From the NCBI RefSeq assembly GCF_006345805.1, contig NC_043004.1, forward strand, positions 104,532,001-104,596,000: DNA of 64,000 nucleotides. The letters are read 5' to 3'. The translations under genes were made by a program, and so were the position numbers. Below are positions 38,310 through 50,483 of this stretch, one piece after another. The notes beneath the pieces were generated by a model, which saw only the letters and a program-made list of their open reading frames with translations, did not search any database and had not been told where the DNA came from. The DNA comes from Octopus sinensis (Eukaryota). Positions within the stretch are counted from its first letter, which is position 1; every line of letters starts with the position of its first letter.

Positions 38310-39310
38310 TCTATTCATGGCAATGGTATCTAAAATTGCCTAGTCTATTGTTTTCCGCTATAGAATCCCGCAGATTAGGAAAAACTGTCTTCATGGCCCA
38401 TACTGCTTACAGGCAGCATTTCAACAATTTGAAGCAGACTGAACAGTTCAACGAGGCTATCCCTAAATGAATGCAAACATTCGACTCGATCAGTGAGTTG
38501 AAAATGCTCGATACTTCTGTAACATTCAGTCTTCAGGTCGTCGAAGTTCATCCGATATGTTCCCTCTATGTATACGAGGCCGTCAATGTTAAGAAACAGA
38601 GTCACTCTTTGATTTGCCTCTTCGTGAAATGACAGCCTTTTGCAGAAAAGTGGCATCAGAGATCTGAGAAAATCCGATCAAAAACGGGAATGAGGGCCCG
38701 AAATTGAAATTTAGTGAATCGATCCCCACTATTTGTCAGCTGGCTTCCAGCAGCCTTACTCCACTGATTTGGCTTCGCTCAATTTAGCTGGTTGCTCTCA
38801 ATAAATTCGTTGGCCCGTTGACATACTTCATCGCATACAACAGACTTTATTCGCAGCTTGTTTCGTTGGATATCAAGAACCTTAATGTAACAACTTGTCA
38901 TCTATTTCACTTGTTTCTTTGATATACTGCAAAGAAGATTGCAACATCTTTGCTTGAAACTGTAGAATTTGTTCAAAGAATCGAAGAGAACACAAACGTT
39001 TGCAGACAAAAGTGATGCGACTTGCCATCAGTTTCTTTCTTCAATAACTTGCAATCTTCACTGAAATGCCAAAGAATGTTCAAAATTGATGGAGAAGTGC
39101 AAAGCACAGCATAACAGGATGTATGTCAACATCCTGTAACTACATGAAATTATCGAGCACAGTGGACCGTGGACCGTGAAGTCTGGCGTAGCATGGTAAA
39201 TTCCATTGTCTCGACCACGGTCGAACAATGATGATGAATGATGGACCGAGGGACGAACAAATAGATTTGTTGTAGGGTGGTGAATGAAAATTTTTTTCCA
39301 CATGCTTTAC
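38310..39310 (-). pseudogene. Decayed hAT transposase (ZMYM1-like) remnant
   Basis: LFSLLQIVEMLPVSSMGHEDSFS resembles the hAT C-terminal dimerisation motif LPVSSAxxERSFS; upstream AKMLQS also fits. Confidence 0.6.
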
Positions 39311-39409
39311 ATATTTTGCTGTCACCTACTAGTAGGTTGAGTCAGTAGATGTGTAGTGAAGCTAACAGTAAGTACCAGAAATAGAGAAATATTCTTAGTT
39401 TATTAATGA

Positions 39410-39804
39410 CTAGCAATATCGCCCGGCGTTGCTCGGGTTCGTAAGGGAAATAACTATAAAGCATTTTTAGAGAGTTATAGCCAAAAAATAGCAAAAAAAT
39501 GCATTAAAAATGGAAAAAATATGATGGTAAAGTTTTTTTTAAATCGTTGACTCATCGTAGACAATTTTAGAGAGTTACTTCCCTTATATTTAAAAAATAT
39601 GCATTAAAATGGAAAAAATGATGGTAAATTATTTTTAAAATCGTAGACTCATCGTAGACGCGCGCTGATACCCAGAAGGGCTCGATATGAATGACGACTA
39701 TAAGATACCCGGTTTTGGTTAAACTGCACCGCAAAATGTGGGAGTAGTTAGGAATCTAAATCGTAGAAGACAGACACACAACCTTACTTTTTTATATATA
39801 AAGA
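39410..39804 (-). mobile_element. Non-autonomous Helitron
   Basis: Minus strand starts TC, ends with hairpin CCCGAGCAACGCCGGG then CTAG; inserted between A and T with no TSD. Confidence 0.88.
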
Positions 39805-40758
39805 TTACACCTTCCAACCAATCTGTGGTTACGGACCTCTTAGACGTCATTATTATGATTTTGAAAGGCGATGATCTGGCAGAATTGGTAAAGCGTCGAA
39901 ATAAGTGTTTTGCGGTATTTCATTTGAGTTCAAATTCAGACGAGGTCGACCTTGCCTTTCATCCTTTTAGGTTCGATAAAATAAAGTACCAGTCAATTCC
40001 AGGGTCGATGTAATCGACTTTCCACCCTCAAACCAGATGACCTCGTGCGTGCCAAAATTAGTAAGAATTATAAGGATCATGCAGTCTACTCCTCTACAGA
40101 ACCAACGATGGAGCTTTTGTGCGAGCAAAACTAATTCAAATTGAACCTCAGGGCCTTGAAAAAGATACATTGGATTATGCAATCTTAAATTTGTTTATGC
40201 ATGAAAACACGATGAGATGGTCGTGACTGGAATGTACTTTGATCTTCAACTTGTTCTTTCCGGGCTGACCTCGGTCTAAATAAAAAGTCAATATTATGAA
40301 AGTTAGCGTTTCCACTATTACTATAGTTAGTACACTTGTTTGCGATGTTTACATGTACCTGCATAAACAAGATACTGAGTATGCATAGAATAAGAAAGCT
40401 TATGTGACGTCTATGACATTTTTTCTTCTCGTTTCTAGGACATAAATAATGTAAGTAGCAGGCATCTTAGGTATTTTCGTCAGTTATTCTTTCTGTTTAT
40501 GACGGCACACCCTGTTCATGCACAAAGTCGTATACATTTATTTAGTCATTCTAAGATTTCACAATAACAGTTAAGGTCTGCTTCGCTGAGGTCCGGAGCT
40601 GTCACCATGCGGTTAAAGGTCACACTTACTCCTTACTACATTCCACAGTTAATAAATTTTAATAAATTAAAATTTTCTAGGAAGTCTTTATTTGCATTTT
40701 TAAGCAGAATTCGTCCTTTCGAAAATAATTGTTCTCCAGATTGAGTTTTATTTATAAA

Positions 40759-41154
40759 CTAGCAGTATCGCCCGGCGTTGCTCAGGTTTGTAAGGGAAAT
40801 ACCTATATAAGCATTTTTAGAGATGTAAAGTATAATAGCCATCTCAATATGGCTAACCACAAAGTGGGGTGTTACTGTAGCTTTTTGCGTTCTGAGATTT
40901 AATAATACATTTTTAGAGAGTGACTTCCCTTATATAATAGAAAAAAAATGCATTAAAAATGGGAAAAAATGATGGTAGTTTTTTTAAAATCGTAGACTCA
41001 TCGTAGACGCGCGCTAATACCCAGAAGGGCTCGATATGAATCACGACTACAAGATACCCGCTTTTGGTTACACTGCACCGCAAAATGTGGGAGTAGTTAG
41101 GAATCTAAATCGTAGGAGACAGACAGCACACAACCTCACTTTTATATATAAAGA
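40759..41154 (-). mobile_element. Non-autonomous Helitron carrying a MITE-terminus fragment
   Basis: Same ends as 39410-39804; 40825-40885 matches the TIR at 26970-27034. Confidence 0.88.
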
Positions 41155-41799
41155 TGAATAAAATTTCTGTTTGATCCCCATGTTGGCTCTATCGGATAAT
41201 CTAACAGTTGCATCTGTTTTGTGCCGTCATGTGTTGTTAGATACTGCACTATATCTAACACTTGAAATAAAGGAGTACCAAGTCGGTGCCAATGTTCATT
41301 TCTCGTATTATCATTGTGCTCTTTGTATTACGTCATCGATCACCGTCGGATACGGATGACCTTTTGCACAAGCAACGGTGGCAGCTTAACTAGGTCAACA
41401 CTAGAGCTGAAACATGATAATTCAATAGTTGCACGTCGAGTGCATCCAGGTATACGAGTGTGTGTGTGTGTGTGAAAGCGCGTAGTTTAGTGGTTCGTGT
41501 ATTCGGCTCACATGCGTGAGTTCGATTCCTTGCGTAAGACAATATATTTCGCACTGCTCCGGTCCACTCAGCTGGCAATAATAAGTTGTACCTGTAATTC
41601 AAGACGGCCAGCCTTGCCACATTCCGTGTGTCACGCTGAATCTCCCTGAGAACCACAGTAAAGGTACGCATGTCTGTGGAGCTCTCAGCCACATGCATGT
41701 TAATTTCATGAGCAGGCCGTTCCGTTGATCGAATCAACTGAAACACCCGCCGTCGTAACTGACGATGCGCCCAGCACACACACACACACACATTACGTC

Positions 41800-42896
41800 T
41801 TCGGTTCAAATTCTGCTGAGGTCGACTTTGCCTTTCATCTTTTCGTGATAAATAAAATAAGTACCAGTTGAACACTGAGACCGGTTTATTCGACTTAGTC
41901 CCTACCCCTGCTGGCATTGTGCCAAAATTTTAGACCAATATCCAGGTAGAGCGGGAGAGAGTGATGGAGAAAATAGATTCCATATACGTGTCATTTTTAA
42001 AAGTGCTCCATCATTGAATACCCCACCCGTTTCCCACACCTTCAGGCCACCCTTTTCCTTCGTTGCAAAGAGTACCCGCTACCAACTGCTTCCAATCTAA
42101 CTTTACAATACATATAATCGTCAAACCTTTTTCAAAACATTTCTTCTCTATTCCACTTGTCTTACCACGACATATATACGTACATGTTGGAAGTATAGAA
42201 ATAGTTCCGACGTCTTCAATCTATTGACACCACCGTTCGGTCATGGTTGGAATATCGAGTGTAAACTGGATAATAGGAATGAGCTGATGGAGGAGAAGTT
42301 AGAGATTTGCGCTTCAGAGATGAACTTGATGAATGATTTGAGTGTTAATAAGAGATAATGGTGGTGGGCGGAAATCAATTTGGCCTAAGTCCACAGATGT
42401 TGCTCAGTAGGAAGGAACATTTTCTCTGTGGAATGTTTGCGTTTCTGATTAGACTTCCCTATTTATTTCTTTTTAATTTGTTTTTGTTTTGTTTTTGCCT
42501 TGATTGCAGAAGAGGAAACCGCGGCTTTCGAGTTCTCGTTAACCACTACTCAGATTCTTCTAGAAAGTCCAAGTAGTTGTGAGTAACCGTGTATGATCCT
42601 CTCAAAATCCTGTTGTCATTGTTTTTTTCTTCTTCTTTGGTTTGTGTGTTTGTTTTTCCATAGCTCGTCTCTTAGATGGAACTGCAGTTCTGGGTCAAGT
42701 ATAGACAAAAATTGGGCGCCTGGCATCCGGATTGTTGTCAGATGCTCATAGACACCTACTAGTCTGGTAACGCAGCTGGAGAAATTTCCACGTTATTCTA
42801 GAAAGAACTAACAGTGAGAAAAAGCGACAACTTTCTCAAGGAAACTCTCAGGGTCAATAAAAATCAGTTGATTTGTCTGATCACGATGACCTTCCA
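41800..42896. repeat. Segmental duplication copy 1 (partner about 46030-47105)
   Basis: Collinear match from the SINE B tail through '...gatcacgatgaccttcca'. Contains a minus-strand LINE APE-like remnant (LSNICGLRPN...SEAQIS). Confidence 0.85.
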
Positions 42897-42952
42897 CTCG
42901 AAGATTATGGATGACTTTCAGAAATTTTCGGTCTAGTTGTGCTACCGGTGGG

Positions 42953-43050
<98 letters not shown>

Positions 43051-43054
43051 ATAA

Positions 43055-43098
<44 letters not shown>

Positions 43099-43108
43099 TT
43101 AGATAGAC

Positions 43109-43146
<38 letters not shown>

Positions 43147-43147
43147 T

Positions 43148-43218
<71 letters not shown>

Positions 43219-43219
43219 G

Positions 43220-43292
<73 letters not shown>

Positions 43293-43328
43293 GGATGGAT
43301 TGATGGATGATTGGATGGATGGATAGAT
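42953..43328. repeat. (GATA)n/(GGAT)n microsatellite, about 375 bp
   Basis: Read directly. Confidence 0.98.
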
Positions 43329-44039
43329 ATGTTTCTTTATTAGCCACACAGGGCTGCACACAGACAGGACAAATTACAAGGTAGAGTTTTTCTTTTGGGG
43401 GTAAAAAAGGGGGTTTGGTTTTCGATCAAAAGGGATCGTAAAAGGAAAGAAAGAGGACAAAAAAGGGGGGGGATAGATAGATAGATAAACGTTTCACTTG
43501 AAATTACAGCGTTTTTTCTGCAAATGAATTTCTGGTAACTGAAATAAACTCTATGGAGCCTTTTCGGCAAGAACAGCTGTATTTGGACAGATTCATCCTG
43601 TTCTGGATGATTCTCCAATCTTCCGCATGCATGCATTGTCCACGTGGAACCAAGACAAATCTCGTAGCCATTGTGATAGTTAGAGAAGATATAAGAGTGA
43701 TTTGCTTCCATTGGACAACACATTCGACCTACTTATATCAATTACTTGTGGTGATACATAACCCACTCCCGTGACAGCTGATGTCAGTTATTTGACCTAC
43801 TTATACATAAACGTGTTGTACTAATATTTGGATATAAGTATAATTATGTTGAGTGAAATATGAATAAGAGCAGAAGATCTGAGTTAAGAAGTGTGCTGGT
43901 ACAATCGTCAGTGCGTCGGAAAAAACGTTTAGCGGCATTTCTTCCGGCACTTTACAATCTGAGTTCAAATTCCGCCGAGATGTGTGTTTCCAAGATTAGG
44001 ATACATTTTGTAGTGACAGAAAGACTGAATAGTTTTGCG

Positions 44040-44942
44040 AGGATTGAATCTCGTTCTTGAGGGTACTGTTTGAGGTTAATATATAGGAACTTGTCAGGAG
44101 TAGAGGTGTTATTGGATTCAAGCTACCGGAAGTATTTCTACACTTCCGGGGTGAATGAGTGCGACAGAGTGAAACTAGTGAAAGCAAGAAGAAATGGTTT
44201 GAAGAGAGACGAGTGTGTGCGCTGTGGAGTTACATTCACAACGATAGTAGGAAGAAGAAATCCCCTTTGCTAGGGCACTGAAGGATTGGCTGCAGTTCTG
44301 GAGGTATTAGATCTCGTAGGCTGTATAATGGTAGTCCTCTGCTCTCTGCAAGAATTGTAGTAATAGGTAAAACTTAACTAGCTGCTCGACATTTTCCAGG
44401 TATTGCAGCTGTGTTGGTCATGAAGCATAGCTCCGTGTGAATCCCTTGGGAGGGATTGTGTGTTTTAGTTTTATAAAAAAAAAAAAAAATAAAGGCAATA
44501 TGACTGAAAGAACGGTTTCTTAGCAACTTCCGATGGGTCAGACGGGAAGTAAGTTTGTTTTCAGAAATTGTTAGCGTAAAACTGGCAGGTTTATGACCAA
44601 GTAACTGATTTAAAGTGTTGTGGAGTTTGGAGGCAAGATTGGGATGTTGTGCAGTAAAGGGATGAGAAGCGGGTGGGCTTGAGAAGCGGGTGGGCTTGAG
44701 AAGCGGGTGGTTGGACAATCCAATAGGTTTATCGATTCTTTTATTCTTTCATTTGCTTCAGTCATTTGACTGCGGCCATGATGGAGTACCACCTTTAGTC
44801 GAACAAATCGAACCCAGAGCATACTCTTTTGTAAGCCTAATACTTATTCTATCGGTCTCATTTGCTGAACCGCCAAGTTACGAGTACGTAAACAAACCAG
44901 AATCGGTTGTCAAGCAATGGTGGGGGGACAAACTCAGACACA

Positions 44943-44986
<44 letters not shown>

Positions 44987-45960
44987 TACATACATACATA
45001 CATACATACATACATACATACATACGACGGGCATTTTTCAGTTTCCGTCTACCAAATCCACTCGATTTGGTCGGTCCGAGACTATAGTAGAAGACACTTG
45101 CCCAAAGTGCCACGCAGTGGGACTGAACCCAGAACCATTTGGTTGGTAAGCAAGCTACTTACCACAGGCCAATTCAGCGCCCTTGTAAAAATTTATAAAA
45201 GGCTGGGTTTGGTGGTAAGCTGGAAACCAAGAGTATTTGGTGTTTGTGAATCTCTCAGGAATACGTGTAAGAGGTGTTGCTAACAATTGCAAATGGCTTG
45301 CAATGACAAAGGAATCGGCTTCCGTACCAGAAGTATTAATGAAGCGGAGGTGTTAGAATATCAAGGGGAATTGTGAACATTTATAGGCGCAGGAGTGGCT
45401 GTGTGGTAAGTAGCTTGCTTACCAACCACATGGTTGCGGGTTTAGTCCCACTGCGTGGCATCTTGGGCAAGTGTCTTCTACTATAGCCCCGGGCCGACCA
45501 ATGCCTTGTGAGTGGATTTTGTAGACGGAAACTGAAAGAAGCCTGTCGTATATATGTATATATATATGTGTGTGTGTTTGTGTGTCTGTGTTTGTCCCCC
45601 TAGCATTGCTTGACAACCGATGCTGGTGTGTTTACGTCCCCGTCACTTAGCGATTCGGCAAAAGAGACCGATAGAATAAGTACTGGGCTTACAAAGAATA
45701 AGTCCCGGGGTTGAGTTGCTCGACTAAAGGCGGTGCTCCAGCATGGCCGCAGTCAAATGACTGAAACAAGTAAAAGAGAAAAAAATAAAAGAGATTTAAA
45801 GTCAATGAAAACAATGACTTCAGAAAAGGGTCAAAATATATTGACGCCCTTCATTTAGTTCGAGAGAGTGAAATAGTTACCGAAGGCTGGAAAGAATTTA
45901 GGGGTGTAAACAAAAGCTTTAGATAAGGGGAACTGGGAGTCTTCATTGTTAATATCCAGG
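44040..45960 (-). mobile_element. Ancient CR1/Jockey-group LINE remnant interrupted by SINEs
   Basis: Weak RT-like traces (LSKAF near 45920) and C-terminal-like traces at 44040-44460; interrupted by SINE A copies at 44740-45166 and 45386-45778. Confidence 0.4.
45386..45778 (+). mobile_element. tRNA-derived SINE family A, reference full-length copy
   Basis: A-box TGGCTGTGTGGT, B-box-like GGTTTAGTCCC, CORE-like CTTGGGCAAGTG, internal (TA/TG) microsatellite, (GTAAAAGA) tail. More than 15 copies in the window, e.g. 23690, 44740, 50806, 51410, 52680, 58735, 63365. Confidence 0.92.
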
Positions 45961-46029
45961 TGAGGGTGGGCGGTGATCTGACGAAATCGTGAACACGCGG
46001 GGCAAAATGCTTAGCAGCATTTCGTCCGT

Positions 46030-47105
46030 CTTTACGTCCTGGGTTCGGGTCGACTTTACCTTGCATCTTTTCGGGGTCGATAAAATATGTTCCAGTTGAT
46101 CATTGTAGTTGATGTGATCGACTTGGTCCCTCCCATCGAAATTGCTGGACTTGTCCTAAAATTTAAAACCAATATCCAGGTAGAGAGCGAGAGAGTGATA
46201 AGGAAATTACATTCCAATTAGATGCCCTCCTTAAAAGTATTCTCTCTCTGAACATCCCGTCCATTTCTTAAACGTTCAGGCCACCCTTTTCCTTCGTTGC
46301 AAAGAGTACCTGCTACCAACTGCTTCCAGTCTAACTTTACAATACATATAATCGTCAAACCTTTTTCAAAACATTTCTTCTCAATTCCACGACATATATA
46401 CGTACATGTTGGAAGTATAGAAATAGTTCCGACGTCTTCAATCTATTGACACCACCGTTCGTTCATGGTGCTGTTGGGATATCGAATGTAAACTGGATAA
46501 TAGGAAAGAACGAAAAGAGAAATGAGAGATTTGCGCTTCAGAGATGAACTTGATGAATGATTTGACTGTTAATAAGAGATGATGGTTGTGGGCGCGGATC
46601 AATTTGACCTAAATCCACAGATGTTACTCAACAGGAAGGAACATTTTATCTATGGAATGTTCGCGTTTCTGACTAGTCTTCCCTATTTATTTGTTTTTAA
46701 TTTGTTTTGTTTTGTTTTGTTTTTGCATTGATGGTGGAAGAGAAGACCACGACTTACGAGTTCTCGCTAACCACTACTCAAATGCTTCTAGAATGTCCAA
46801 ATAGTTGTGAGTGACTGTGTATGATTCTCTCAAAATCCTGTTGTCACTGTTTTTTTGTTTGTTTTTCCAAAGCTCGTCTCTTAGATGGAACTGCAGTCCT
46901 GGGTCAAGTATAGACAAAAATTGGGCGCCTGGCATCCGGATTGTTGTCAGATGCTCATAGACACCTACTAGTCTGGTAACGCAGCTGGAGAAATTTCCAC
47001 GTTATTCTAGAAAGAACTAATTGTGAGAAAAAGCGACAACTTTCTCAAGGAAACTCTCAGAGTCAATAAAAATCAGTTGATTTGTCTGATCACGATGACC
47101 TTCCA
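46030..47105. repeat. Segmental duplication copy 2
   Basis: See 41800-42896. Confidence 0.85.
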
Positions 47106-47769
47106 TATATAAACGATGGGCTTCTTTCTGTTTCCATCTACCAAATAAACTCACAAGGCTTTGGTCTACCCGAGGTTACTGTAGAAGACACTTGCCCCCA
47201 AGGCTTCACGCAGTGGGACTGAACCCGGAAGCATGTGGTTGTGACGCAAACATCTTACCACACAGCTACGTCAGCGCCTATTTTATTTTTCACTTTGTTT
47301 TCATTAACTCAGTCGCACACCTAGCCATAGGCGTACGCACGTAATGCCGCTTCATCCGTCACACTTGTGTCAAATAGAAGAATCGATATAGTGTTACAAG
47401 AAAATGCCATCTGGCATTCACTTCGACTCTTTTGACGTCGAAGACAACCTTGGCTCTCATCCTTCTGGCTGTGATAAATAAAGTATCAGTCAAGCGCTGG
47501 GCGCGATGTTATCAACTAACCCACTTCTTCAGATTCCTGGCTTTGTGCCTAACACGGCGGTGGATTGGCAGATTAAACTCGAGCGTCTAAAGTAAAGCCC
47601 TGCAGTTTTTTTCTTCTGGCTCTTTGCATTCTGTGTTCTATCACCGCTGAGGTCATCTTCACCTTCAGTCCCCCAGGGGTTCAAAAGGTGCCCGTCAAGT
47701 TCTACGGTCTTGGTATCGACTACTCCTTCTCTCATCAAATTTGTTGTGCCTCTATCATCATCATCATCG

Positions 47770-47821
<52 letters not shown>

Positions 47822-47841
47822 TATTATTATTATTATTATTA

Positions 47842-48082
47842 AGGCGGCGAGCTGGCAGAATGGTTAGCACGTCATGCAAAATGCTTGGCGGTATTTCGCC
47901 GGTGCTATGCTCTGAGTTCAAATTCCGCCGCGGTCAACAATACCTTTCATCCTTTCAGTGTCGATAAATGATGCACCAGTGAAACGTTGGGGTCGATATA
48001 ATCGACTATCCCACTCCCCAAAATTTCAGACCCCGTGCCTATAAAAAGGATTATTATTATTATATTATTATTATTATTATTA

Positions 48083-48115
<33 letters not shown>
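47842..48115 (+). mobile_element. SINE family B with (ATT)n tail
   Basis: Head GGCGGCGAGCTGGCAGAA; tail ...AAAGGATTATTATT. Confidence 0.8.
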
Positions 48116-48116
<1 letters not shown>

Positions 48117-48287
48117 GAGTGAGAGAGCAGCGCGTGCCATCTAAGTGACACTGGGTTAAAATATACGAAGCCCAGTATACCTATCATGACTACCCGTCTG
48201 ATAAGGGTACACTAGGCACATGCACCACGACCATATGTGCGCGACATGGTGATCTCATATCTCAGGTACCAGGTACTGCATCAGGGC

Positions 48288-48379
<92 letters not shown>

Positions 48380-48494
48380 CTATTGTTATTGTTATTGTTT
48401 ATTATTGCCTGAAATCTAATTTATTCAAGATGAAGTGGTTGTGGTAATTAGTATATACCAAACAAGTTTTGGTTAATTACTACTTTAACATCCG

Positions 48495-49396
48495 AACAAG
48501 TGTAATAAGTGTTAAAAATGTGTAGTAAACGAATATGGAAGTAAACAAACCGGAGGTGGGGAGGGGACTTTCGGAACATTCACAAGATCCAATTTTTTTA
48601 TTTCATAACTTTTAGGAAAAGGAAATTTTACCGAAATACTTTTCAAACAGCATAGTTTACGATTATAAAGAAATTTGTGGGGAAAATTTTTTCCGAAGGG
48701 TTTCAGGAGAGGACTTTCGGAAAATTCACTCGATTCGATTTTTCCCCTCAAAACGTTTGGGAAAATGGATATCTTTTAGTGAATTTTTACATAAATACCT
48801 TTCAAACGGCATAAATTATCATTATAAAGAAATTTGTGAGAAAAAATTTTTTCTCGAGTGTGTGAGAAAAGACTTTCGATTCATTTAGATTCATTTATGT
48901 TTCGTCTGAGAAAAAGGTTTTAAAAAAGATCCCATGTACCATGGTGAGAGAAACAAATTCATAAATACGTTGTTGAATATGGTTTCACTATGGAAAGAAG
49001 TTAAGGATGTTTTAGATGCTTGGGTAAGAAAAGCTGTATTGAATGTTTTACAGTATAAAAAGATGCACCAAGGAGTTATTGGTGAACGACATCAGGAACC
49101 GGAATGCAGTCTTCCATATCATCAGGAAACTGAGTATAATCTTGCAGTCTCCAAAAGAAACTTTCTCCATCAATTCCTTTATAATCGTAATCTATTCTGT
49201 TTGAAAAGTATTTATATAAAATTTCATTAAAAGATATCCATTTTCCTAAAAGTTATGAGGGAAACAAATCGGATCTTGTGAATTTTCCGAAAGTCCTCTC
49301 AACACCACCCCACCCCGGTTCGTTGGCGCAAATTTTTGTTTTCATATTCGTTTAATACACATATTTTTTTTTTTTTTACACCGTATTACACTTGTT
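48495..49396. mobile_element. Foldback/long-TIR element of the same subunit family as 10234-11470
   Basis: Termini AACAAGTGTAATA / TATTACACTTGTT; inverted subunits; unique core at about 48880-49155. Confidence 0.8.
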
Positions 49397-49516
49397 TCTT
49401 TGTTTTTGTTTTGGTGGCCGGGTGTTGAAGTCGCAATTAACCCAAGTTTTAAATACAAGCCGCATCTTGTGTATGTATGTATGTGCATATGTGAGAGCAA
49501 TAAGTGTGTTCGTAGA

Positions 49517-49555
<39 letters not shown>

Positions 49556-49834
49556 GTGTGTGCGTGCGCGCGAGTGCTCGTGCTAGTGTGTGTGTCTGTG
49601 TGTCTGTGTTATTGTTTTTATTATTTATTTAGGTCTGATCAAGAGCACCTATGACGAAAGAGATTCCTCCACGCTTCCCCCCCCCCGCCCGCAAAAAAAG
49701 ACAGTATATCTAAAGTACACAAACAACATCACTCCTCTTTCTCTTCGTTCTTTCCCTCCCCACTTTCTCCCCTCTTACTCTCTTCTTTTTCTCCTCTTCT
49801 CTCTCTCACACACACGCACATACACAAACACACG

Positions 49835-49888
<54 letters not shown>

Positions 49889-50041
49889 CACATGCACGCA
49901 CGAATACACACAGAAATAATTGTATAAATATCAATGTTAAGAGATGAGTAATGTACGAAACCACAGCGGTAAAGGTTGCTCTGAGACACTCTTACACTAC
50001 ACACATACACACTTTTACATGCTCATACACACGAACCTGCA

Positions 50042-50081
<40 letters not shown>

Positions 50082-50443
50082 CACACAAACACACAGACAT
50101 AAACAAGCGCACACATGCAAGCATACATGCACACACAACACAGACTGAATACGATGACTAAAATTTGGCTAGAGACCAATCCTCGATAGCATATCGTAAG
50201 CACATACATGACTACCTTAGCTGCAAGTGTGCTGTACTGAAGAGGCCAGTGTGCGGCTGGTTGATGCATTTACGGTCGAACTGTGAGAATGGGTGTCAGT
50301 ATGGCCGTTTGTTAAGAGGTTCGCTTCGCAGTCGTCCAGTTATAAGTTGAATACTTAGGGTTATAATGGATAAATGTCTCCAATCTAATAGCCCTGAGCC
50401 GACGTTAGTCTGTAGTTGAATGGAGTCTAATAGACGGAAACTG

Positions 50444-50483
<40 letters not shown>

